Shown: piece after piece, positions 54,369-64,000 of the stretch
Layout: the number at the start of each line of letters is the position of its first letter
Numbering within the stretch: position 1 is the stretch's first letter
Assembly (NCBI GenBank): GCA_002336805.1
Contig: DDEZ01000011.1
Span: 130,228-194,227, forward strand
DNA length: 64,000 nucleotides
Direction of reading: 5' to 3'
Source of the DNA: Bacteroidetes bacterium UBA1941
GTDB lineage: Bacteria; Bacteroidota; Bacteroidia; Chitinophagales; LD1
The notes under the pieces: model-generated
The model's input: only the letters and a program-made list of their open reading frames with translations
Told to the model about the DNA's origin: nothing
Database searches by the model: none
Program-made: the position numbers and the translations under genes

Positions 54369-56597
54369 ATGAGCTTTTTCAGAGATAAGGTGTGGCGGCC
54401 TGCGGGGTATTTTTGGGTGATGTGGCTGATCGGCATCGTGAGTGTGGTGCTGTTCTTCTTTGTTATCGCTACGGGTATGTGGGGACGGCTGCCGTCTTTG
54501 CATGAGCTGGAGGACCCTAAGTCTAATACGGCTACCGAGGTGATCAGCGCCGATGGTGTGGTGCTGGGCAAGTACTACCGCGAGAACCGCACCAATGTGA
54601 CCTACGACCACCTGCCCAAGTGCCTGGTAGATGCGCTGCTGGCTACGGAGGATGTCCGCTTCTACGAGCATACGGGTATAGACCTGAAGGCCATAGGCCG
54701 TGTAGTAAAGGGCGTGATCAGCCGCGACTCTAAGGGCGGAGGCAGTACGATCACGCAGCAGCTGGCAAAGAACCTCTTCCCGCGGCAGAAGCGCAGGGGC
54801 AAGGTGCAGCTGGCGCTACAGAAGTTTAAGGAGTGGGTGATAGCGGCGCGGCTGGAGCATACCTTTACCAAAGAGGAGATATTGGCGCTGTATTTTAATA
54901 CGGTACCCTTTAGTGATAATGCGTATGGCATCAGCACGGCGGCAGAGACGTACTTTAGTAAGCCGGTGGACTCGCTGAATGTGCAGGAGGCGGCGGTGCT
55001 GGTAGGCATGCTGAAAGGACCATCAGAATACAATCCGCGCCTGCACCCTGAGGCCTCGCGCAAACGCCGCGACGTAGTGATCGCGCAGATGGCCAATTAT
55101 GACTTTATCACCGATCAGCAGCGGGACTCGCTTTTCAAACTGCCTATCGCGCTGAACTTTGACGCGGGCACGCATGAGGATGGACTGGCGCCGTACTTTC
55201 GCGAGTACCTGCGGCTCTATATAGCGGACTACCTGGATAAGCACCCGAAGCCAGACGGTACTAAGTACGACCTCTACAAAGATGGACTGAAGATATATAC
55301 GACCATAGATTCGCGGATGCAGCGCTATGCCGAGGAGGCACAGCGCGAGCACCTGGAAGAGTGGCAGAAGCTATTCTTTAAGATGAGTGCCAGGGACCCG
55401 TGGAAGGAGTTTCCTGAGGAGTGGGAACGGACCTACACGCAGAGTGCGCGGTATAAGCAGTACCAGGCCGAGGGCAAGACGCGCGAAGAGATAGACACGC
55501 TGATGCGCACGAAGATGGAGATGCGCATCTTCACCTGGCAGGGAGAGAAGGATACGGTAATGAGCCCGTGGGACTCGATCCGCTACCACAGGATGATCCT
55601 GCAGAATGGATTTGTAGCGCTGGAGCCGGCCTCGGGCAATGTGCGCGCGTGGGTGGGTGGTGTGAACTACAAGTACTTCCAGTATGATCACGTCAACGTC
55701 AATACCAAGCGGCAGATAGGATCTACGTTTAAGCCGTTCGTGTACCTGGCGGCGATACGCGAGAAGGGCTACTCGCCGTGCTATGAAGTGCCTAATGAGC
55801 CGGTGACCTTTGAGGCGGGAGATCCACGCTTTCACCTAGCGGAGGACTGGACGCCGCACAACTCTGACGCCAAATACGGCGGTACGCTGAACCTGAAGCA
55901 AGGCCTGGCGAACTCTGTGAATACCATCACGGCCTACCTAATGCATGAGATGAGCCCTGCTACGGTAGTGAAGCTGGTACATGATATGGGTGTGGTGAGC
56001 GAGATACCTGACCAGCCTAGTATCTGCCTCGGTACGGCTGATATATCGCTGATAGAGATGGCGGGTGCCTACACCACCTTTGCTAATAAAGGAGTGCATG
56101 TGGACCCGATATTTGTGACGCGGATAGAGGACAGGACCGGGACTGTGATCGCGAACTTTGCTGCCGAGCAGCGCGAAGTGCTGGATGAGCCTACGGCCTA
56201 TGTGATGATAGACCTGCTACGTGGTGTGGTGAGCTACGGTACGGGTGTGCGCCTGCGCTACCGCTACCACCTGCCCGGAGATATCATAGGCAAGACTGGT
56301 ACAACACAGAATAATAGTGATGGATGGTTTATGGGCTGTACGCCGGACCTGGTCACGGCTACATGGGTGGGCTGTGAGGATAGGTTCATCCGCTTCCGCA
56401 GTATGGAGTATGGGCAGGGGGCCAGTACGGCGCTGCCTATCTGCGCGAAGTTTATGCAGAAAGTATTCGCAGACTCTACGGCGCTGGGTATCTCCCCGTC
56501 GCGGCAGTTTGAGCGGCCGGAGAAGCTGACCATAGACCTCAACTGCAAGACCTACGCCGGGCAGAAGGTGGACAGGTCGGCGGAGTTTGGAGACTAG
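54369..56597 (+). CDS. Penicillin-binding protein 1A (bifunctional transglycosylase/transpeptidase)
   Basis: GT51 motifs EDVRFYEHTGID and GGSTITQQLAKN. Transpeptidase motifs STFKP, SVN and KTGTT. Confidence 0.9.
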   Translation: MSFFRDKVWRPAGYFWVMWLIGIVSVVLFFFVIATGMWGRLPSLHELEDPKSNTATEVISADGVVLGKYYRENRTNVTYDHLPKCLVDALLATEDVRFYEHTGIDLKAIGRVVKGVISRDSKGGGSTITQQLAKNLFPRQKRRGKVQLALQKFKEWVIAARLEHTFTKEEILALYFNTVPFSDNAYGISTAAETYFSKPVDSLNVQEAAVLVGMLKGPSEYNPRLHPEASRKRRDVVIAQMANYDFITDQQRDSLFKLPIALNFDAGTHEDGLAPYFREYLRLYIADYLDKHPKPDGTKYDLYKDGLKIYTTIDSRMQRYAEEAQREHLEEWQKLFFKMSARDPWKEFPEEWERTYTQSARYKQYQAEGKTREEIDTLMRTKMEMRIFTWQGEKDTVMSPWDSIRYHRMILQNGFVALEPASGNVRAWVGGVNYKYFQYDHVNVNTKRQIGSTFKPFVYLAAIREKGYSPCYEVPNEPVTFEAGDPRFHLAEDWTPHNSDAKYGGTLNLKQGLANSVNTITAYLMHEMSPATVVKLVHDMGVVSEIPDQPSICLGTADISLIEMAGAYTTFANKGVHVDPIFVTRIEDRTGTVIANFAAEQREVLDEPTAYVMIDLLRGVVSYGTGVRLRYRYHLPGDIIGKTGTTQNNSDGWFMGCTPDLVTATWVGCEDRFIRFRSMEYGQGASTALPICAKFMQKVFADSTALGISPSRQFERPEKLTIDLNCKTYAGQKVDRSAEFGD

Positions 56598-56642
56598 TAC
56601 GGGGCACTGGCAGCTCAATGATCTTTTGCCTACTTTTACGAC

Positions 56643-58481
56643 GTGATCTTAGAAGAATTTGCTACACAATACCGGGATAGCCTGCCCAATCAACCGGGCG
56701 TCTATCGCTACTATGATGAGGAGGGGACCATCCTGTATATAGGTAAGGCCAAAGACCTGAAGAAGCGGGTGTCGTCGTACTTCAATAAAAACGATCACAC
56801 CTTCCGCATCGCGCACATGGTGCGCAAGATCTATAAGATAGAGTTTACAATAGTGGATACGGAGCAGGATGCCTTCCTGCTGGAGAATAGCCTCATCAAA
56901 AAGTACCAGCCGCGCTATAATGTGAGCCTGAAGGATGATAAGTCTTACCCCTACATCGTGATCAAGAATGAGGACTATCCGCGTGTCTTCCTGACGCGGC
57001 AGCTGATACGGGATGGCTCAGAATACCTGGGTCCATATACCTCTGTAGGACAGGTGCGGATCATACTCAATCTGCTTACGACTATCTTCCCGCTGCGTAC
57101 GTGTACGCTACCGCTGTCACAAAAAAATATCGATGCCAAGAAGTTTAAGGTGTGCCTGCAGTATCATATCAAGAACTGTCTGGGGCCATGCGAAAATCTA
57201 CAGAGCAAGGAAGAATACGATGAGTCTATCCGCCAGGTGAAGGACATACTCAAGAGCAACTTCGGCTCGGTGATGTACTACCTGAAGGGTAAGATGCAGA
57301 AGTATGCCGAGGAGATGGAGTTTGAGCGGGCCAATGAGTTTAAGGAGAAGATAGACCTGCTCACAGACTACCAGAGCAAATCTACGATCGTAAATCCGAA
57401 GCTGAACAATGTAGATGTGTATGGCTATACGGAGACAGAAACGACGGCCTTTATCAACTACCTGCGCATAGGCAATGGTGTGATCATACAGACCAAAGCG
57501 CTGGAGCTAAAGCGGGTGCTGGATGAAACGCGTGAAGAGATGCTCGAGGCCGCGGTGCGCGAATGCAGCTTCTCAGATAAAATACAGATAGACGATCTCT
57601 TGTTACCGTTTCAGATAGAGATACCTGTGGAGGGGGTGAATGTGGCGGTGCCGGTAATAGGCGATAAGAAGAAGCTAGTGGACCTGGCCACTAAAAATGC
57701 ACTCTACGCAAGGCAGGAGCGTATCAACCAGCAGATGACCTCAGAGGAGAAGAATCCATCCTTCCGGATCATGAAGACGCTGAAGGATGACCTGAAACTA
57801 AAAGATATGCCACGGCATATCGAGTGCTTTGATAACTCGAATATACAGGGAACTAATCCGGTATCGTCTATCGTCGTTTTTCGCGATGCGAAGCCTTCTA
57901 AAAAGGATTACCGCTGGTTTAATGTAAAGACAGTCGAGGGGCCGGATGATTTTGCTACGATGGAGGAGGCAGTGTACCGGCGCTACAGGCGTATGATAGA
58001 AGAAGGCAATCCGCTGCCTAACCTCATAGTCATAGACGGTGGCAAGGGCCAGCTCAGCGCAGCAGTCAAGAGCCTGGAGAAGCTCAATATCTATGGCCAG
58101 GTGCCTATAGTGGGTATCGCGAAAAGGCTGGAGGAAATATACTTTCCGGAAGATAGCCTGCCGCTCTACATCAATAAGAAATCTGAAGGGCTAAAGCTCA
58201 TACAGCGGCTGCGTGACGAGGCGCACCGCTTCGGTATCACAGCACACCGCAATAAACGCAGCAAGGGGCAAACCACATCTGAACTCACAGCCATCAAGGG
58301 AATCGGAAATAAAACTTTCGAAAAGTTGATACAGCATTTCAAATCTGTGAAGAAGCTGAAAGAAGCGACGCAGAACGAGATAGCGGAAGTGATAGGAGAT
58401 AGCAAGGCTGCTCTGGTCATAGCACATTTCGCGGGGGCGGTGGATGAGGCCACTCCTCAAAATGAAACAGGGCAAGAGTAA
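56643..58481 (+). CDS. uvrC: Excinuclease ABC subunit C
   Basis: GIY-YIG (PGVYRYYDEEGTILYIGKAKDLKKRV), UVR domain (FERANEFKEKIDLL), RNase H-like and C-terminal HhH domains. GTG start. Confidence 0.95.
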   Translation: MILEEFATQYRDSLPNQPGVYRYYDEEGTILYIGKAKDLKKRVSSYFNKNDHTFRIAHMVRKIYKIEFTIVDTEQDAFLLENSLIKKYQPRYNVSLKDDKSYPYIVIKNEDYPRVFLTRQLIRDGSEYLGPYTSVGQVRIILNLLTTIFPLRTCTLPLSQKNIDAKKFKVCLQYHIKNCLGPCENLQSKEEYDESIRQVKDILKSNFGSVMYYLKGKMQKYAEEMEFERANEFKEKIDLLTDYQSKSTIVNPKLNNVDVYGYTETETTAFINYLRIGNGVIIQTKALELKRVLDETREEMLEAAVRECSFSDKIQIDDLLLPFQIEIPVEGVNVAVPVIGDKKKLVDLATKNALYARQERINQQMTSEEKNPSFRIMKTLKDDLKLKDMPRHIECFDNSNIQGTNPVSSIVVFRDAKPSKKDYRWFNVKTVEGPDDFATMEEAVYRRYRRMIEEGNPLPNLIVIDGGKGQLSAAVKSLEKLNIYGQVPIVGIAKRLEEIYFPEDSLPLYINKKSEGLKLIQRLRDEAHRFGITAHRNKRSKGQTTSELTAIKGIGNKTFEKLIQHFKSVKKLKEATQNEIAEVIGDSKAALVIAHFAGAVDEATPQNETGQE

Positions 58482-58518
58482 ACTCCCGCCCTGTTCGTTA
58501 TTGAAAACTTACCTGATC

Positions 58519-61500
58519 TTATTTAGTCACCGCGAGCACTTTAGTAAAGAAGCTGTTGCCAGCCTTTACAGTCACGTGATATACACCATCTGCGAGAGAT
58601 GAGATGTCATACTTGCGATCATTGAAGCCTGTACTCAGCTGCCACTGGCCGGACAGTACCTCGCGGCCCAGCATATCTGTGAAGCTGACACTCACCGGCT
58701 GCTCTGTAGCTGCTACGATATCTATGGTCACCTGCGCAGATGCAGGATTAGGATAGATATTGTGTATGGTGATGCCATTCTGGCTCCCAGTGAGGGTAGC
58801 TGATACGATATTGCTGTAGTCAGACTTGCCATCATAGTCCACCTGCCTGAGGCGGTAGTAGTAGATGATGCCTGTGGCTACCTGGTGGTCGTCCGTATTG
58901 TATTTGATCGTGCTGTTGCTATTGCCGTGGCCGTCTAGCCATGTGATAGCCTCGAAAGTAACACCATCTGTACTGCGCTCTACCTGGAAGCCACTATTAT
59001 TGATCTCAGAGGCGGTAGCCCACTCGAGAGCGATGTAGCGATCCTCTACAGGTGTCGCAGTCAGGTACATGAGTGTGACAGGCAGTGGCGTATTGGTCTG
59101 GTGGATACCGATGCCGAAGTCAGAGAAACCAGTCACGCCGGTACGGACCGCTGTAGCTACGCCAGCTGATATAGACTGTGTAGCATTGCTATGCGTACCG
59201 TAGGCGCTGGATTGTGCTGCGCCATTCAGCAGGCCGCAGCCGAGCCATGGTGAGCTGGCATTGGCACGCTTGATCACGCCCATGCGGGTCACGAGTGATG
59301 GTGCATTGCTGTAGCCCATAGCGTTTAGTGTGACATCGTAGGTGCCACTGGTCATCGTGCTGTTTGGCGTGAATGTCCAGAAACCGTTATTGAGGTAGTC
59401 GGCGATCTTAGAGCCATTGATCTGGCAGGTAGAGGTAGACGGTGCTGTACCGGACTGGCCGGTATTGAAGAAGCCAAGGAGGCTGGTCACGCCACTCTGG
59501 CTATTGAAATTGATCGTGCCCAGATCGTAGTATGAAGTATTGCCCACAGGGAAATCGTAAGCGCCACTGGCTGCTACATACCTCCGCAGGTTTCCTATCA
59601 CATATTTATTGAGGCCATGACCGGTGATAGATGATGTAGAGGTATTGGATGAAACCAGTTCATTGCTACCAGTAGAGATGCGGCCTTTGGTAAAGGAGAT
59701 CACACCTGTAGCTGTAGCTGTATTGGTCAGGGTCACGATGTCAGATGTACCGGACTTCTGTATATACATATTCACCATGCTGGATGGGAGGCCATTGCCT
59801 GAAACCATATCGCCATTGCCTACGAAGCCATAGCTGGCTGAGGTAGAGAAGGTGCGCGTGCCGGAGATACGTATGTTGCCATCGCTGGTGCCTGTACCGG
59901 AGGTCTTGATACCATTGGCAGAGCCGTATTTGAATGTAGCGCCTGCATTGATCGCAAAGTTGCCTGTGCCGGATATGTTATCCGTCTCGTCCAGCTGGAA
60001 TACAGCCGGAGAGTAGACGTTGAAATTGCCCTTGATACCAAAGCTGGCTGTAGGGTTTACGTTATACGCAGTAGTATTTGCAGCATCTGCATTGATATCC
60101 ATATTGTAGTAGCTGATGGTATTGCCATTGCCATCTGTAGCACGTAGCGCCTGGAGTGTAGTGGCATTGCTGCCATAAAACTCTACAGTGCCGCCGGTGA
60201 GCGAGTATGGTATAGTGATACCTGTCAGCACCGGCTGAGTTGTATTGAGGTTCTTGATCATGATCCGGCCGCCGTCCATCACGAGGCCGCCATCACCGGA
60301 GAATGAGATAGCATTGGCAGAAGCATCTACGCAGTTCACCACGGTATTGGCACCGGTGACTATCAGGGAGTCATTGATGGTCGCATCGGTAGAGAGGTTT
60401 TTGTAGTTGGTGCCATAGATATTAGAGCCGGAGAACTTCACGTTGTAGTAAGTCCTGTTGCCACGCAGGGTTTGTGCGCCAGCACCACTCAGCTCGATGG
60501 TACCACCATTGAGTGTATAGGCATTGCTCACGCCATCCATACGCGGTATCAGATCCGAGCTGCTGGAGCTGAGTGCTGGTATCTGGTAGAGCGTACCTGC
60601 GGCCATGGTCAGTGTACCGGTAGAGCCAGTGATATAGGCTGTAGCAGTCTCCAGAAACTGTCCTTTGCGGATATCTAGTTTGCCACCTGTAGCACTGATA
60701 GTAGTAGCATTGGTCAGGCCAGTAGACTGAGTGAGCGTCACGGAAAGGCTCTTATTGAGCAGGTCTATGATGATTTGCTTGCCATTTGAGCTGGTGCTGA
60801 GTGCATCTCCTGTCACCTGGTTGGCATGGCCGGTATACCAGAAGGTAGCGAGCTGGTTGAAAGTCTTGTTCGTATTAGCCATCTGTACATTGCCCAGCGT
60901 AGAAGATAGTTGTTGTATACCATCAGGTGAAGTGATCTTCAGCGTAGTATTTTGCTCTGTGGCAAAGGTATTGGTACCTGTAGCGCCGCTGGTCACCTTC
61001 TTGATCACGTTAGCAGTCAGGTTGTCCGCTGCAAAACCGAAATCAAGTGTACCACCATTTTTGACTGTGAAGGCTGATGTACGGCTGGTATTGCTGTTTA
61101 CAGTCAGGCTATGATTCACTAGAGAGACGCTAGCTCCTGAGTTGATATTCATAGGCCATGCGGTCACTGTAGGAGTGATGTCTACGAGTTGTGTAGCGGT
61201 GCCGTTGAAATTGAATACTGCGCCGGTATCTGTAGTCGCATCATTGATCACAGAGTTGAGGGTGTCTATCACGAGATTGCCGGCCAGGTTGACCTTGATA
61301 TTTCCTGCTGTACCGCCACCATTGTGGAAGAGCTTCAGTGTGCTGCCGCTGTATATTTGGGCATTCTCTGTGATATTGATCGTCTGAGTAGCGCTGCCAC
61401 TGTAGCAAGCAGACAGTGCGAAAATACCTTCGTACAGGTAGAACCTGCCCACTGTCACGTTAGGGCTACCCGTATTAGAGGTCATGCCGATCACATTGCT

Positions 61501-64000
61501 GGCAGATTTATTGTCTATCCAGAGCGTATCGCAGAGATTCACCGTGATGCCACCGCCTATGATGGTCCATGAGCTGCTGGTAGGAGTCACCACAAAGTCA
61601 AGCAGGCCAAATTTTTTGCCACTGGAATTATTGGTAATTGTCGTGGTCACATTCATAAAGCTGCCGGAGCCGCTGGCTGAGAAGCCCCAATCACCAACAA
61701 ATACCTCAGAGCCAGGCTCGAAGTTTTCGATACCATTCCACATGACGTGCGTATTGGTCACATCTGTGCTGCCCATCTCCATGTAGCCTCCGCTACGCAC
61801 GATCAGATTGGCACTGGAGTTCATCTGGATCTGACCATAGACAAACAAATTTCCGCCTGACTTGGTCTCGAGTGATTTACCGGACTTGATGAAATCCACA
61901 GTAGGTGTAGATGCTGACTCCAGATCCAGTGTGCCACCGCTCAGGATGATGATGTCATTGTAAGAGTGACTATGATTACCACCACCATATACGTATTTGG
62001 TGATGATGACGCGGGTAGGTGTAGTGCTGGCATTTTGCGGAGACTTGCCACTCGGAGTCGGTCCCCAGCTGGTACCGTCGTAGTATTCCCATTGATCTGT
62101 AGAGCCTGAGGTACTATTGTTATACGATAAATCTGTATAGTCTATGGTCGGCCTGTAGTCACCTGTCTGATATACAAAGTTGATCACTGAAAGTACCGCA
62201 CTGGATGAAGTCACCGTGCCGCAGGTGCCAGTCACCACCACTGAGTAGACGCTACCTGAGTCTGTAAGCGCCGTAGGGGATATAGTGTAAGTAGCCGCCG
62301 TAGCGCCAGAGATATTGCTGCCATTCTTCTTCCACTGATAGGTGAGGCCTGAGCCGGCCGCAGTCACGGAGAAAGTAGCCGAGCCGCCCACGCCGGTAGT
62401 AATATTAGATGGCTGGGTGGTGATAGAGGTAGCAGTATTGACAGTCACAGCCTGAGACGCGGTAGCCGTACAGCCACTCCGTGTAGCAGTCACTGTGTAG
62501 GTGCCGCTGCTGGTGAAAGTATTGGTAGCTGCCGCCGGTGTGCTGCCGCCAGACCAGGCGAACGTACTGCCTGCTGTGCTGGATGCAGTGAGCGTCACTG
62601 ATGTACAGGCAGTAGTAGAGCCTGAGAATGTCGGTGTAGCAGGAGGTGTATTGACAGTGACAGCTACGGTAGCTGTGGCGCTGCCGCATGAGTTGCTCAC
62701 GGTGACGGTATAGGTACCGCTGGTAGTGAAAGTATTGGCCGCAGTAGCCGGTGTGCTGCCACCGCTCCATGCGTAGGTAGTGCCACCAGATGCTGTGAGT
62801 GATACGCTGGTACAGCCGGTAGCAGTACCGCTGATAGATGCAGTAGGAGAGGTAGTGACAGTCACGGCCTGTGAGGCGCTGGCTGTACAGCCACTGAGTG
62901 TAGCAGTCACAGTGTAGGTGCCACTGGTGGTAAATGTATTGGCCGCTGTGGCTGGTGTGCTGCCACCTGACCAGGCATAAGTGCTACCACCTGTGCTGGA
63001 TGCTGTGAGCGATACGCTATTGCAGCCGGATGCAGAGCCGGAGAATGTAGGCGTAGATGGCAGTGGATTCACAGCCAGGGTGCCGGTCATAGCGGTGGTG
63101 AAGGTAGCCGAGCAGGAGTTATTGGTAATGCCGGTGATGACGAGGCTCATACCATTGTCTGCCGTGGTCAGCGCTCGGGTGGTAAAGCTGGCAGTACCTG
63201 TACCGCTGGCATTGACACCAGTCACAGCTGTCTGGGCTACGCCATTGATGGTATAATTGATAGTATTATTGCTGGCACTGGCTACCAGACCTGTAAGGTC
63301 GATCACTGCACCCGCGCCGGCACATGCTGTACCGTTTTGTGCAGCTGTACTTAAAGTAGGTGTGGTACAGGACGGTTTCACTACTCCGTAAAAAGTAAAG
63401 TCATTGACACTGAAAGTACCTGCAGCCGCACCGGCATTGTAGCCATACAGGCGGAATGTGATAGCAGAAGTGATACCCTGATAGGTAGCACCAGACAGGC
63501 TGATAGTAGCACCGGTAGCGGTAGGACTGCCTATGCTGGCAGTGTAGCCATCCAGGCTGGAACGCAGAGAAAAACTAGCCGGACCGGTACCTGAAGCCTG
63601 GCCGGTATAGACAAAGGAACTGAAATTGATCAGATAGCCGGTGGCCGGAGTCAGTGTAAAATCATAGTAATCTGTCGAAGCTATAGATGTAGCGGTGGTC
63701 CAGCCAGAGGCGCTGTACCTGCCGCTGGCAGTGGCTCCGGCTATACCCGCACCGCGCCCGATACCTGAGACAGAGGCGAGATTACCATCTTTGGTATCAC
63801 CGGTGATGTAGGGATTGTCAGCACTAGGATCACTGGCGGTGATAGCATTGGTCCAAATAGATGTAGTGACTGTCAAGGTAGCCGCACTGCTGGTCACAGC
63901 CGTACAAGGACTGGTGGCAGATATCACACAGCGGTACTGATAGCCGTCCATACTAGTAGTGGCGGCGCTGATAGAAAGTGTGGCTGATGTGACGCCACTG
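58519..64000 (-). CDS. Giant T9SS-secreted cell-surface protein/adhesin (partial; N-terminus lies beyond the window)
   Basis: The frame stays open through position 64000. Contains Ig-like modules (D.G.Y.C...TL.V), right-handed beta-helix-like G/N/T-rich repeats, an FN3-like module and a C-terminal T9SS sorting domain (IYPNPASAQVTI...GVYHVTVKAGN). Confidence 0.85.
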   Translation of the reverse strand, partial: SGVTSATLSISAATTSMDGYQYRCVISATSPCTAVTSSAATLTVTTSIWTNAITASDPSADNPYITGDTKDGNLASVSGIGRGAGIAGATASGRYSASGWTTATSIASTDYYDFTLTPATGYLINFSSFVYTGQASGTGPASFSLRSSLDGYTASIGSPTATGATISLSGATYQGITSAITFRLYGYNAGAAAGTFSVNDFTFYGVVKPSCTTPTLSTAAQNGTACAGAGAVIDLTGLVASASNNTINYTINGVAQTAVTGVNASGTGTASFTTRALTTADNGMSLVITGITNNSCSATFTTAMTGTLAVNPLPSTPTFSGSASGCNSVSLTASSTGGSTYAWSGGSTPATAANTFTTSGTYTVTATLSGCTASASQAVTVTTSPTASISGTATGCTSVSLTASGGTTYAWSGGSTPATAANTFTTSGTYTVTVSNSCGSATATVAVTVNTPPATPTFSGSTTACTSVTLTASSTAGSTFAWSGGSTPAAATNTFTSSGTYTVTATRSGCTATASQAVTVNTATSITTQPSNITTGVGGSATFSVTAAGSGLTYQWKKNGSNISGATAATYTISPTALTDSGSVYSVVVTGTCGTVTSSSAVLSVINFVYQTGDYRPTIDYTDLSYNNSTSGSTDQWEYYDGTSWGPTPSGKSPQNASTTPTRVIITKYVYGGGNHSHSYNDIIILSGGTLDLESASTPTVDFIKSGKSLETKSGGNLFVYGQIQMNSSANLIVRSGGYMEMGSTDVTNTHVMWNGIENFEPGSEVFVGDWGFSASGSGSFMNVTTTITNNSSGKKFGLLDFVVTPTSSSWTIIGGGITVNLCDTLWIDNKSASNVIGMTSNTGSPNVTVGRFYLYEGIFALSACYSGSATQTINITENAQIYSGSTLKLFHNGGGTAGNIKVNLAGNLVIDTLNSVINDATTDTGAVFNFNGTATQLVDITPTVTAWPMNINSGASVSLVNHSLTVNSNTSRTSAFTVKNGGTLDFGFAADNLTANVIKKVTSGATGTNTFATEQNTTLKITSPDGIQQLSSTLGNVQMANTNKTFNQLATFWYTGHANQVTGDALSTSSNGKQIIIDLLNKSLSVTLTQSTGLTNATTISATGGKLDIRKGQFLETATAYITGSTGTLTMAAGTLYQIPALSSSSSDLIPRMDGVSNAYTLNGGTIELSGAGAQTLRGNRTYYNVKFSGSNIYGTNYKNLSTDATINDSLIVTGANTVVNCVDASANAISFSGDGGLVMDGGRIMIKNLNTTQPVLTGITIPYSLTGGTVEFYGSNATTLQALRATDGNGNTISYYNMDINADAANTTAYNVNPTASFGIKGNFNVYSPAVFQLDETDNISGTGNFAINAGATFKYGSANGIKTSGTGTSDGNIRISGTRTFSTSASYGFVGNGDMVSGNGLPSSMVNMYIQKSGTSDIVTLTNTATATGVISFTKGRISTGSNELVSSNTSTSSITGHGLNKYVIGNLRRYVAASGAYDFPVGNTSYYDLGTINFNSQSGVTSLLGFFNTGQSGTAPSTSTCQINGSKIADYLNNGFWTFTPNSTMTSGTYDVTLNAMGYSNAPSLVTRMGVIKRANASSPWLGCGLLNGAAQSSAYGTHSNATQSISAGVATAVRTGVTGFSDFGIGIHQTNTPLPVTLMYLTATPVEDRYIALEWATASEINNSGFQVERSTDGVTFEAITWLDGHGNSNSTIKYNTDDHQVATGIIYYYRLRQVDYDGKSDYSNIVSATLTGSQNGITIHNIYPNPASAQVTIDIVAATEQPVSVSFTDMLGREVLSGQWQLSTGFNDRKYDISSLADGVYHVTVKAGNSFFTKVLAVTK
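62431..63063 (-). repeat. Three tandem ~200-220-nt coding repeats inside the giant adhesin gene
   Basis: Protein repeats ...SG(C/S)..V(S/T)LTAS...(Y/F)AWSGGSTPA.A.NTFT.SGTYTVT...C...A..AVTV.T occur three times (residues ~297-507 counted from 63951). The DNA motif CCA(G/T)GC...(AWSGG antisense) recurs near 62541, 62761 and 62961. Confidence 0.8.

Noticed and set aside
54333-54671. 112-aa minus-strand ORF overlapping the PBP1A start
   Set aside because: It lies antisense to the well-supported PBP1A N-terminus (TM helix plus GT51 motifs) and has an Arg/His/Gln-rich shadow-frame composition.

Overview
The window looks like a Bacteroidota chromosome segment, possibly Chitinophagia- or Saprospiria-like. 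Three things support this: four proteins end in T9SS C-terminal sorting domains, a PorP/SprF gene is present, and exact TAnnTTTG -7 promoter boxes sit just upstream of many start codons. Most of the window is ordinary core content. This includes hutU, rsgA, dtd, queE, dusB, cdsA, psd, rplU-rpmA, uvrC, PBP1A, DAHP synthase/chorismate mutase, an ALDH7-type dehydrogenase and a polysaccharide locus.

The strongest candidate for something undescribed is a mosaic island at about 50.7-54.3 kb.
- Three co-oriented, very AT-rich ORFs of unknown family lie here: a soluble protein, a 3-TM protein, and a TM-anchored Trp-rich C4 zinc-ribbon protein.
- They are interrupted by a REPtron, an IS200/RAYT-like HUH tyrosine transposase flanked by inverted arrays of a palindromic REP (core CGGAACTAAGTTCCG).
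- A third REP doublet and a GC-rich DUF1826-like gene flank them.
- One AT-rich ORF takes its last codons and stop codon from REP sequence.

Other accessory content worth attention:
- A response regulator / heme oxygenase / bacteriophytochrome operon.
- An abutting srs/agq-like phenolic-lipid cluster: type III PKS, methyltransferase, FAD oxidoreductase and a divergent UbiA prenyltransferase.
- A five-gene envelope operon with an MbnP-like lipoprotein and a PSCyt-like lipoprotein carrying C-x4-CH instead of CXXCH.
- A terminator-ended SRP-like small RNA with an atypical apical region.
- A giant T9SS adhesin of more than 1800 aa, truncated by the window edge, with roughly 210-nt tandem repeats.

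No rRNA, tRNA or CRISPR array was seen. All family assignments come from motif recognition by eye; no searches were run.
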